Assembly: GCA_965215185.1 (NCBI GenBank)
Contig: OZ244034.1
Coordinates: 768,001-832,000, forward strand
Source: Acidimicrobiia bacterium
GTDB lineage: Bacteria; Actinomycetota; Acidimicrobiia; Spongiisociales; ZC4RG35
Length of the DNA stretch: 64,000 nt
Reading direction: 5' to 3'
This document shows positions 56,025 through 64,000 of the stretch, piece after piece. The notes under the pieces are model-generated. The model saw nothing but the letters and a program-made list of their open reading frames with translations, searched no databases and was not told the DNA's origin. The translations under genes were made by a program, and so were the position numbers. Every line of letters starts with the position of its first letter. Position 1 is the first letter of the stretch.

Positions 56025-58034
56025 ATGAATCGTTTCGAAGTCAAAGCGGACTATTCCCCATCCGGTGACCAGCCAGCGGCGATCACTGCCTTGGCGCGCG
56101 GCCTGGAGCAGGGAGAACGCTTCCAGACTCTGTTGGGGATCACCGGCTCCGGCAAGTCCGCCACCGTAGCGTGGACCATCGAACAGGCTCAGCGGCCGGC
56201 CTTGGTCATTGCTCCCAACAAAGCACTGGCGGCCCAGTTGGCCAACGAGTTTCGCCAGTTATTCCCCAACAACCGGGTGGAGTATTTCGTCTCCTACTAC
56301 GACTACTACCAGCCCGAGGCCTACATGCCCCAGACCGACACCTACATCGAAAAAGACTCCAGCATCAACGATGAAATAGACGGTTTGCGCCATTCTGCGA
56401 CTTCAGGGCTGATGGTGCGCGACGACGTGATCATCGTTGCTTCGGTCTCCTGCATTTACGGTTTGGGATCCCCCGAGCAGTACGAAGGTCAACTCCTGCG
56501 GTTGGTCAGAGGGGTGGAGTTTCCTTTGTCCGAGGCGCTGCGGCGGCTGGTGATGCTTCAATACCAGCGAAACGAGGTCAGCCTGGCCCGAGGACGTTTC
56601 CGGGTAAAGGGGGACACTCTCGACATCTTCCCCACCTACCAGGAGACGGTGATTCGGGTGGAGTATTTCGGGGATGAGGTGGACCGGATCGTCTCTTTGA
56701 ATCCGGTAACGGGGGATAAGATCGCCGACTTGAGCGAACTCCACGTTTTCCCCGCCACCCACTATGTGACTCCCGAGGAGCGGATGGCCGAGGCGATCAG
56801 ACAGATCCAACAGGAGTTGGTGGAACGGCTGTCGGTGCTGGAAAGCGAGGGGAAACTTCTCGAGGCCCAGCGGCTGCGAATGCGCACCAACTACGACCTG
56901 GAGATGATGAGAGAGATCGGTTACTGCTCGGGGATCGAGAACTATTCGCGTTATCTGGACGGACGGGAACCCGGTGAACCCCCCTACACCCTGTTGGACT
57001 ACTTCCCGGACGACTACATCACCATTGTCGATGAGTCCCACATCACCCTGCCTCAGATCGGGGGGCAATTCGAAGCTGATCGGAGCAGGAAAGAGGTGTT
57101 GGTGGAGCACGGTTTTCGGCTGCCTTCGGCTCTGGACAACCGACCGCTGCGCTTCGATGAGTGGATGGATCGCACCGGACAGGTGATCTGCATGTCGGCT
57201 ACGCCCGGCGCTTTCGAACGGCAGAGGTGTCCCAAGCCCGTGGAACTTCTGATCCGTCCCACCGGGCTGGTCGATCCGGAGGTGATCGTCCGTCCCACCA
57301 AGGGACAGATCGACGACCTCCTGGGTGAGATCCGTCAGCGGGCCGCCGCCGACCAACGGGTGCTGGTCACCACTATCACCAAGAAGATGTCCGAGGACCT
57401 CTCCGATTACCTGCTGGAGATGGGAGTGCGGGCCAGGTATCTGCATTCGGAGATCGACACCCTGGAACGAGTGCACATTCTCCGGGAATTGCGAATGGGC
57501 GACTTCGATGTTTTGGTGGGCATCAACCTCCTCCGCGAGGGCTTGGACCTGCCCGAAGTGTCGCTGGTGGCGATCCTCGACGCCGACAAGCAGGGGTTTC
57601 TGCGTTCGGAGACGTCACTCATCCAGATCATGGGCAGAGCAGCCCGGAATGTGGACGGACAGGTGGTGATGTACGCCGATTCGATCACCAAATCCATGGA
57701 GAGTGCTATCGGCGAGACGAATCGTCGCCGCACCCGCCAGATGGAGTACAACACCAAACACGGAATCGATCCCCAGACCATCCGCAAACGCATCACCGAC
57801 ATCCTTGAGTTGGTGGCCTCCCAGGCGCCGGCGGTGGAAAGACGCAAAGGCCCGCGGGTGGAACGGGACATCATCGACCTGACCGGAGACGACCTTTCCC
57901 GAGTGATTCTGTCCCTCGAGGAGGAAATGCGACAGGCCGCCACCGAACTCCGATTCGAATACGCTGCTCGTCTCCGAGACGAGGTGGCGGAACTGAAGAA
58001 AGAGCGCCGGCAACTCTCCCAAGTCCTCGCTTGA
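56025..58034 (+). CDS. uvrB: Excinuclease ABC subunit B
   Basis: [39 protein letters not shown] domain FEYAARLRD. Confidence 0.98.
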   Translation: MNRFEVKADYSPSGDQPAAITALARGLEQGERFQTLLGITGSGKSATVAWTIEQAQRPALVIAPNKALAAQLANEFRQLFPNNRVEYFVSYYDYYQPEAYMPQTDTYIEKDSSINDEIDGLRHSATSGLMVRDDVIIVASVSCIYGLGSPEQYEGQLLRLVRGVEFPLSEALRRLVMLQYQRNEVSLARGRFRVKGDTLDIFPTYQETVIRVEYFGDEVDRIVSLNPVTGDKIADLSELHVFPATHYVTPEERMAEAIRQIQQELVERLSVLESEGKLLEAQRLRMRTNYDLEMMREIGYCSGIENYSRYLDGREPGEPPYTLLDYFPDDYITIVDESHITLPQIGGQFEADRSRKEVLVEHGFRLPSALDNRPLRFDEWMDRTGQVICMSATPGAFERQRCPKPVELLIRPTGLVDPEVIVRPTKGQIDDLLGEIRQRAAADQRVLVTTITKKMSEDLSDYLLEMGVRARYLHSEIDTLERVHILRELRMGDFDVLVGINLLREGLDLPEVSLVAILDADKQGFLRSETSLIQIMGRAARNVDGQVVMYADSITKSMESAIGETNRRRTRQMEYNTKHGIDPQTIRKRITDILELVASQAPAVERRKGPRVERDIIDLTGDDLSRVILSLEEEMRQAATELRFEYAARLRDEVAELKKERRQLSQVLA

Positions 58035-58295
58035 GAAACCAGGGCGCCCGGCGCCTGTGGAGGGAAAAACGGTCCTACGTTTTGTAGGACGTCCTTACCC
58101 AGGCGACCGTGGCGTATCCCCAACTGGCGCCGGGAAGCAACATTGGACAGGAGGCGATGAACGCTGCGAGGGTGATGTTGGCAACAACCTGACCTCGCGA
58201 AGCGGCGGCGCCTTGCAGTCGGCTTGTCTTCAGATGTTGGAGACGGTGCCTATTTCTCTACGGAGCGGCTCAATAAACCAAAGTCCATGGGTAAA

Positions 58296-59531
58296 TCAAG
58301 CCAGCCTTCCCTGGGTGTCCTTGTAGATCCGGCCGCCTTTGATCACTGCCACTATGCGGTCGGGTTCGGCCAGCACTTCGATCTCGTCCAGAGGTCGGCC
58401 TTCCACCAGGATGAGATCGGCGTCTTTGCCCACTTCGACAGTGCCGATCCGATCTTCCATGTAGAACAGCTCGGCGTTGCCGGTGGTGGCGGTGGCGATG
58501 GCCTCGGCCGGGCTCATGAATTTGGCTTTGTTGGGTAGCTCCCGGCCTCGTCTATCCTGCAGCGGCCCGACGATGTCGGAACCCGAACCAACTTTGACTC
58601 CGGTCTCTTCCATGATCTCGATGCTTCGTCCCACTGCTGACTCCACTGCCTGGAGCTTGGTCAACTGCGAAGGAGTCAAGCCCGCTCTTTCCGGATTCTC
58701 CAACAGGTCGTACTTAACCGCTAGGGTCACCACCGCGAACGCGTCTGATGCAACGATCTGTCGGGCGGCGTCCTCATCGAGGATGCTGGCGTGCTCTATG
58801 GAACGAATACCAGCAGATATGGCCCGCCTTATCGCGTCGGAGGTATGGCAGTGGGCAAGCACATAGGTATGCCAATCGGCCGCGGCTTCCACTGCCGCCC
58901 GCAGTTCCTCGTAGCTGAACTGGAGGCTGTCGAAAGGATCGGTGGGGGAGAGCACTCCTCCTGAACTGAATACCTTGAGTTGGGTTGCGCCCTTGCGCAG
59001 CTGTTCGCGGGCGGCGCGGCGAACCTCATCAACCCCATCCACGATCTCCGGGGTGGCCGACAGCCCGGGAATGCTGCCTCGAGGATGCACGATGTGATGA
59101 GCTGGGCGTAGATCCCCGTGCCCACCGGTCTGCGATAGCACGGACCCGGACGGAAGGATCCGGGGTCCGGCGATGACGCCCTGTTCCACCAGCCGCGCCC
59201 AGTGGGGATCGAGACCTCCGGCGTCCCGAACGGTGGTGAAACCCTCTTGCAGGGTGTTCTCTATGACTCCCCGGACCGTGAAGACGTAGTCGATCCAAGG
59301 TAGATCACCGATTCCGCCGGCCGGGTCAACCAAGCCCATATGCACGTGTGCGTCGGTGAGTCCGGGCATCAGTGTCAAACCTGTAGCATCGATCACTTGG
59401 TCGGGAGAGCTTCCCGCTCCCGGACCGATTCCGCTGATCAGAGACCCTGACACCGCGACATCCATCCCTCCGCGAGGGTCGTTGCCGGTGCCGTCCAGGA
59501 GTTCGGCGTTGCGGATTACCAGCCGGTTCAT
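58296..59531 (-). CDS. Metal-dependent amidohydrolase (Xaa-Pro dipeptidase-like)
   Basis: MPGLTDAHVH, GFTTVRDAGG, SQTGGHGD, AHCH, SIEH, GSD. Confidence 0.9.
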   Translation of the reverse strand: MNRLVIRNAELLDGTGNDPRGGMDVAVSGSLISGIGPGAGSSPDQVIDATGLTLMPGLTDAHVHMGLVDPAGGIGDLPWIDYVFTVRGVIENTLQEGFTTVRDAGGLDPHWARLVEQGVIAGPRILPSGSVLSQTGGHGDLRPAHHIVHPRGSIPGLSATPEIVDGVDEVRRAAREQLRKGATQLKVFSSGGVLSPTDPFDSLQFSYEELRAAVEAAADWHTYVLAHCHTSDAIRRAISAGIRSIEHASILDEDAARQIVASDAFAVVTLAVKYDLLENPERAGLTPSQLTKLQAVESAVGRSIEIMEETGVKVGSGSDIVGPLQDRRGRELPNKAKFMSPAEAIATATTGNAELFYMEDRIGTVEVGKDADLILVEGRPLDEIEVLAEPDRIVAVIKGGRIYKDTQGRLA

Positions 59532-60580
59532 TCTGCGTTTCCTACCGGGTAGTCGAGCGCCATCTCGGGGATGACAAAGCTGCCGCGGTCGAGGATCTGT
59601 TTGTCGTCAACCCAGATGGAGTGGTTACGGGTGGGGATGTCGAAATGGAAGGGTGCTCGGTTCTCCCCGTCGAGGCCCCGCATGAAGTTGGCGCCGAAGG
59701 CTATCAGCATGTCACCGTAATAGCACTCCACATCCATTGCTCCCCCTCCTTCCCAGAAGCGAAGCCCCAAAGCATTCCAGTTGGCCCGGTGTTCGTATCC
59801 CCAACCGATGTGGGAGACGCCGTAGGCGCGTTGGTCGCGGGGCAATTCGAACAAGTCCTTGGCGAGTCGGGCGTCGGCGCCACCTTCCAGCGAGACGATG
59901 CTTCCTTCCCGCAACTCCATTCGGATCGGAGACGTTATGTATCGGCCCAGGTTGAGCAGGCAGTCACTCTCATCAAGCACCAGAGTCCCTTCCGCGGAGT
60001 GCTCCAAGGGGGCCACCGCCACCTGACCCGACGGCCAGTGATCCCAGCGTCCCGGCTGGTCCGAGTAGCCGTACTGAACTCCAACCGGACGTCCCTCGTA
60101 GCTAAGCGTGAGATCGGTTCCTGCCTCCGACTGGATCCGTAGAGTGGTGCCCTCCTCCATCAGTGCCTGGCTGACTTCAGCCCGGTGGCGAATTTCGGGA
60201 ATGGGGAACATACGGCGTAGTATGTCTTCGGGCTCTTCGATCATCAGAGTGCGCGCTCCGGCATCGAGGGCGGCGTTGTGAGCATCGCTGTATATCCAGG
60301 CGGTGGTCAGCATCCCCACCACCAGATCAGAGCCTTTCCAAGCATCGATGATTCCCTTGGATTTCATCCACTCCTCGTCGGCCCCCACCACAATCTGGAA
60401 GAAGTTGGCGCCCAGCACCCGCGCGGCGCCGGCCAACGCGGTGGTGTACGCCTCATTGCTCATGGTGTCGGTGAAGCCCAGCACCGTCTCGCCTGGCTTC
60501 ACATTGCACAATTTCAGTTGGTCCCGAAATAGGGGAACCAGTTCTGCTCCGGCCGCGGCAGTGGTTGGGACTCGACGCAT
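59528..60580 (-). CDS. NicX-like 2,5-dihydroxypyridine 5,6-dioxygenase homolog (M29 fold)
   Basis: YGYSDQPGRWDHWPSG, SAEGTLVLD, YGVSHIGWG and FHFDIP match NicX motifs including His/His/Asp iron ligands. Confidence 0.8.
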   Translation of the reverse strand: MRRVPTTAAAGAELVPLFRDQLKLCNVKPGETVLGFTDTMSNEAYTTALAGAARVLGANFFQIVVGADEEWMKSKGIIDAWKGSDLVVGMLTTAWIYSDAHNAALDAGARTLMIEEPEDILRRMFPIPEIRHRAEVSQALMEEGTTLRIQSEAGTDLTLSYEGRPVGVQYGYSDQPGRWDHWPSGQVAVAPLEHSAEGTLVLDESDCLLNLGRYITSPIRMELREGSIVSLEGGADARLAKDLFELPRDQRAYGVSHIGWGYEHRANWNALGLRFWEGGGAMDVECYYGDMLIAFGANFMRGLDGENRAPFHFDIPTRNHSIWVDDKQILDRGSFVIPEMALDYPVGNAE

Positions 60581-60669
60581 TAAGGACTCCTTGTTGGATT
60601 GCTCCAGCGTATAGTACGGGAGATGCTGCTGGTCGCGCCCTTCCGGTTGGCCCCCTTTATCCTTCTACC

Positions 60670-61716
60670 ATGAGTCTTCGATTCGGTTTGATTGGAACAG
60701 GAGGGGCCGGTCACCTCTTCGCGGGCGCACTGGCGAGGCGGCCCGGTGGTTCCAAATTGGTGGCGGTGTGTTCCCGCAACCGGGAGAGGGCCACCGATTT
60801 TGCTTCCACATATGGTGTGACGCAGGTGTTCTGCGACTGGCGTGAGCTGTTGGAAGCGTCGGGGATCGAAGCGGTCTGTTTGGCGACGCCCACCGGAGAT
60901 CACGCCGAGATGACGATCGCGGCCGCCGCCCGCGGACTGCATGTTCTCACCGAGAAGCCGATGTCCAACACGGTGGCCGAAGCTGACCGGATGACCGCCG
61001 CCTGCGACCAGGCAGAAGTGAGATTGGGGGTCATCTACATGTACCGCTTCATGGACACTGTCCTGCACATGAAGCAGGCGGTGACGCAGGGACTGATCGG
61101 TCAACCCCTCATGGCCGAATGCGTGGGGTTGTTCTTCCGCGGTCAGTCCTATTACGACTCGGCGCAGTGGCGGGGCAGATGGGCGTCGGAGGGCGGGGGA
61201 TCGCTTCTCACCCAGACCAGCCACACCCTGGATCTGATGATCTGGATGTTGGGCGATGTCGAGGCGGTGGCCGGGTTCTATGCCACCAGCCCTCTTCATC
61301 GGATCGAGGTGGAGGACCAGACCGTGGGGGTGCTGCGCTTTGCCAATGGCGCTCTGGCCACTGTAGTGAGTACCACTGCCGCGGTCAATCCGCAACCGCG
61401 CAGCCTCACCATCCGCGGCACCCAGGGAACGGTGGGTTTGGTGGACGACGATTTGGTGCAATGGGACGTCCCCGGCGGGCCGTCACCTCAGATAGAGGAG
61501 TTGATGAGCGGGGGATCGGTCGACCGGGGTGACACGCTCACCACTGCTGGTTACACCGACCCCACCTTGCATTTTCGCCAGATGGAGGACTTCGTGGCGG
61601 CCGTGGCGCAAGGTCGTCCGCCGCTGGTTGACGGCCGGCAGGGACGCCGGACCACGGCGGTGATGCAGGCCCTGTATGAATCGTCTCGCCGTGGGGAGAT
61701 ACTGAGGCCTGCCTGA
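60670..61716 (+). CDS. Gfo/Idh/MocA-family oxidoreductase
   Basis: FGLIGTG, HVLTEKP, WRGRWASEGGGSLLTQTSHTLD, EVED. Confidence 0.9.
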   Translation: MSLRFGLIGTGGAGHLFAGALARRPGGSKLVAVCSRNRERATDFASTYGVTQVFCDWRELLEASGIEAVCLATPTGDHAEMTIAAAARGLHVLTEKPMSNTVAEADRMTAACDQAEVRLGVIYMYRFMDTVLHMKQAVTQGLIGQPLMAECVGLFFRGQSYYDSAQWRGRWASEGGGSLLTQTSHTLDLMIWMLGDVEAVAGFYATSPLHRIEVEDQTVGVLRFANGALATVVSTTAAVNPQPRSLTIRGTQGTVGLVDDDLVQWDVPGGPSPQIEELMSGGSVDRGDTLTTAGYTDPTLHFRQMEDFVAAVAQGRPPLVDGRQGRRTTAVMQALYESSRRGEILRPA

Positions 61717-61812
61717 AGCCCTCCGATCGGTCCTTTGGAGCAACAGAAGCACACCCGGGCGCTCCGTCACGAAGGTCTGATCATCGCCTCGGGCTGGTAC
61801 GACTAGCCGGTC

Positions 61813-62835
61813 TTAGGTTCCTCCGGCGGCGGGAAGAAAAAGGCCCTCTCCCAGGGGGTCGTCGGGGTCAAGCACCAATTGGCTGAAGCCCGTCAGATAG
61901 GCTGTTCCGGTGATGGTGGGGATGATCCCTCTCCCTCCCAGTACCTCGGTCTCGCTTTTGACTGTTCCCACAAACGTGGTGTTGAGCACGCTTTCGTGAA
62001 TGAAAGTGTCGCCCACCTCAAGCTCACCCCGCTGGTAGGCCCAAGCCATGCGGGTGCAACTTCCGGTTCCACAGGGAGAACGATCGAACCCCAACCCGGT
62101 GGAAGTGACCAGATTCTGTCCGTCGGCGCCGGGGGTGCGGGGAGGTCCCATGTAGAGCAGTTGGTCCACCTGCTTTGGAGTCCCCGGGGGCCAGTCGGTT
62201 CGATCGGCAAGCATCCTGTTCAACCGAAGCCGGATGCGATGGCTTAGCGCCACCAGTTCGGGGATCGACCCCAAAGAGATGCAGATGCCCAACTGCTCGG
62301 TTCTCACCATCGCATACCAGATTCCTCCGTATCCGATGTCCACTTCGACGATCCGACCGTCCACTTCCACCTTCACCTTTGAAACAGCCACCCAGGAGGG
62401 GGCGCCCTGGAAAGTCACTGATCGCACCTTGCCTTTCTCCACTCGAGCAGAGACCTCCATCAGTCCGCTCAGGGTTTCCACGGTCATCTCGGTGGTGGGC
62501 TCCTGGGCAGGCATCATGGCAGTTTCCAACAGGGTGGTGACCGTGCCGATTAAGGCGTGGCCGCACATGGTGAGTGACCCCAGCGCCGAGAGGATCAGAA
62601 TCGAAAGATCCGCCTTGGGATGGAAGGGAGGAAGAGGCAGAACGGCATGCCAGGGCGCATGTCCGCGCGGCTCGCCCACCAACATCTTGGCCAGGTCCGA
62701 ATAGTGCGCCAGGAAGTCTGCTTCCCGCTCCCGCAGGGTGGCGCCGCTCAGCTCAGGAAAGCCGCCGGTTACCACCCGGGTGGGTTCCCCAGCGGTGTGG
62801 GAGTCGATCACATGCAGACGTCGGATGAAGGCCAT
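61813..62835 (-). CDS. Proline racemase / hydroxyproline epimerase family protein
   Basis: DSHTAGEPTR, EPRGH, MCGH and DRSPCGTG (Cys/Cys pair). Confidence 0.93.
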   Translation of the reverse strand: MAFIRRLHVIDSHTAGEPTRVVTGGFPELSGATLREREADFLAHYSDLAKMLVGEPRGHAPWHAVLPLPPFHPKADLSILILSALGSLTMCGHALIGTVTTLLETAMMPAQEPTTEMTVETLSGLMEVSARVEKGKVRSVTFQGAPSWVAVSKVKVEVDGRIVEVDIGYGGIWYAMVRTEQLGICISLGSIPELVALSHRIRLRLNRMLADRTDWPPGTPKQVDQLLYMGPPRTPGADGQNLVTSTGLGFDRSPCGTGSCTRMAWAYQRGELEVGDTFIHESVLNTTFVGTVKSETEVLGGRGIIPTITGTAYLTGFSQLVLDPDDPLGEGLFLPAAGGT

Positions 62836-62921
62836 TGGTGATCCTCCCGGTTGAGATACGGTCTGTCCATGCTAAATTTCGTAATTGTCTTCCAGCTAAT
62901 AGCACAAAGGGTAAAGAAACA

Positions 62922-64000
62922 ATGGGAAAAATCACCTATGCCACCATGTCGGCTGACGATCCGGCACTTCATCAAGCCTACGAGGAGGGACTCGCTGCCG
63001 CCACCGAACAAATCGGGCAGACTCATCCCCTGCTGATAAACGGAGAAAAGCGATATACCGAACAAACTTACGTAGAACGCTCGCCGATCGATTCCGAGGT
63101 TGTGGTGGGCGTCTATTCTCAGGCTTCAGCCGACGACATCGACGACGCGGTGGAGGCCGCACGCGCTTTTCAACCCGAGTGGGAAGCAACTCCCTGGCAA
63201 GAGAGAGTGGCCATAGTCCGTCGGGCGGCCGAAATTGTTGAAGAGGAAACCCCGGTTCTGGCGGGGTTCCTGACTTGGGAGATTGGCAAGAACCGGCTGG
63301 AGGCTATGGGAGATGTCTCCGAAGCAGTGGCCTTTGCCAGCTACTACTGCGACCGGCTGGACGAGGCAGGCGGGTTGGAGACGGCCATGGGGGAGTATGG
63401 AATCGGAGACGTCAACCGTTCGGTGCTGCGGCCTTGGGGAGTGTGGGCGATCATCTCTCCTTTCAACTTTCCGATGGCGCTGGTGGCCAGCCCCACTTCG
63501 GCGGCTCTTCTCACCGGAAACACCGTGGTCCTGAAGCCGTCGAACACCGGGGCATTGGGCTCACTATTGCTGGCTGACATTTTCTTCCGGGCGGGACTGC
63601 CCAGTGGAGCACTGCAGGTTGTGACCGGCGGCGATGAAGCGGGTGATCGGCTGGCCCATCATCAGCACGTGGACGGGGTTACGTTCACTGGTTCCTACGA
63701 CGTGGGGATGTACCTATACCGAACCGTTGCCAGCACTCGTCCCAAGCCGGTGGTGTGCGAGATGGGCGGAAAGAACCCGGCGGTGGTGACGGCCTCAGCC
63801 GATCTCGAACTGGCCGCCGAAGGGGTGATGCGGGCCGCATTCGGGCTGTCGGGACAGAAGTGTTCGGCCAACTCCCGGGTGTATGTGGAAAGGCCGGCTT
63901 ACGACGAGTTTGTCGATCTGCTAACCCAGAAGACCAGCGAAATCCAGGTGGGAGATCCTCGGAACGCAGAGGTGTTTTTGGGACCGGTCATCGACCAGGC
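62922..64000 (+). CDS. Aldehyde dehydrogenase, P5C-dehydrogenase-like (partial, runs off window end)
   Basis: MGKITYATMS..., ISPFNFP, FTGS, EMGGKNP, FGLSGQKCSA; absent from the ORF track because no stop lies in the window. Confidence 0.9.
   Translation, partial: MGKITYATMSADDPALHQAYEEGLAAATEQIGQTHPLLINGEKRYTEQTYVERSPIDSEVVVGVYSQASADDIDDAVEAARAFQPEWEATPWQERVAIVRRAAEIVEEETPVLAGFLTWEIGKNRLEAMGDVSEAVAFASYYCDRLDEAGGLETAMGEYGIGDVNRSVLRPWGVWAIISPFNFPMALVASPTSAALLTGNTVVLKPSNTGALGSLLLADIFFRAGLPSGALQVVTGGDEAGDRLAHHQHVDGVTFTGSYDVGMYLYRTVASTRPKPVVCEMGGKNPAVVTASADLELAAEGVMRAAFGLSGQKCSANSRVYVERPAYDEFVDLLTQKTSEIQVGDPRNAEVFLGPVIDQ

Overview
High-GC bacterial chromosome segment. Gene content and order (rpsD-rpoA-rplQ-truA-rplM-rpsI-glmM-glmS-acpS-nnr-alr-tsaEBD-groESL; tRNA-Tyr/Thr/Met-tuf-rpmG-MaoC-tRNA-Trp-secE-nusG-rplKAJL; proS, rimP-nusA-infB-DUF503-rbfA-nrnA-truB; tRNA-Leu-polA-rpsA-coaE-uvrB) point to Actinomycetota, most likely Acidimicrobiia (inference). 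Most of the window is housekeeping. Highlights: (1) a tuf gene whose first 376 codons all end in G or T, with the bias flipping abruptly to C/A at about 22464; the same G/T-then-C/A signature marks IS-derived remnants, suggesting a repeat-directed, strand-biased conversion or repair process; (2) a glmS ribozyme; (3) orphan, highly structured non-coding elements with an IS110 bridge-RNA-like layout and no transposase (about 8010-8261 and 45719-45900, possibly 58040-58225); (4) a decayed ~7.6 kb island between tRNA-Leu(CAA) and a diverged copy of its 3' end, carrying a frameshifted MFS gene, a DmdA-like methyltransferase, an ABC exporter, a MITE and an IS256/phage-portal fusion scar; (5) ribosomal protein S1 with a 48-bp tandem-repeat acidic N-terminal extension; (6) a catabolic cluster with a NicX-like dioxygenase, proline racemase-family enzyme, amidohydrolase and P5C-dehydrogenase-like ALDH. 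All calls were made by eye without database searches.
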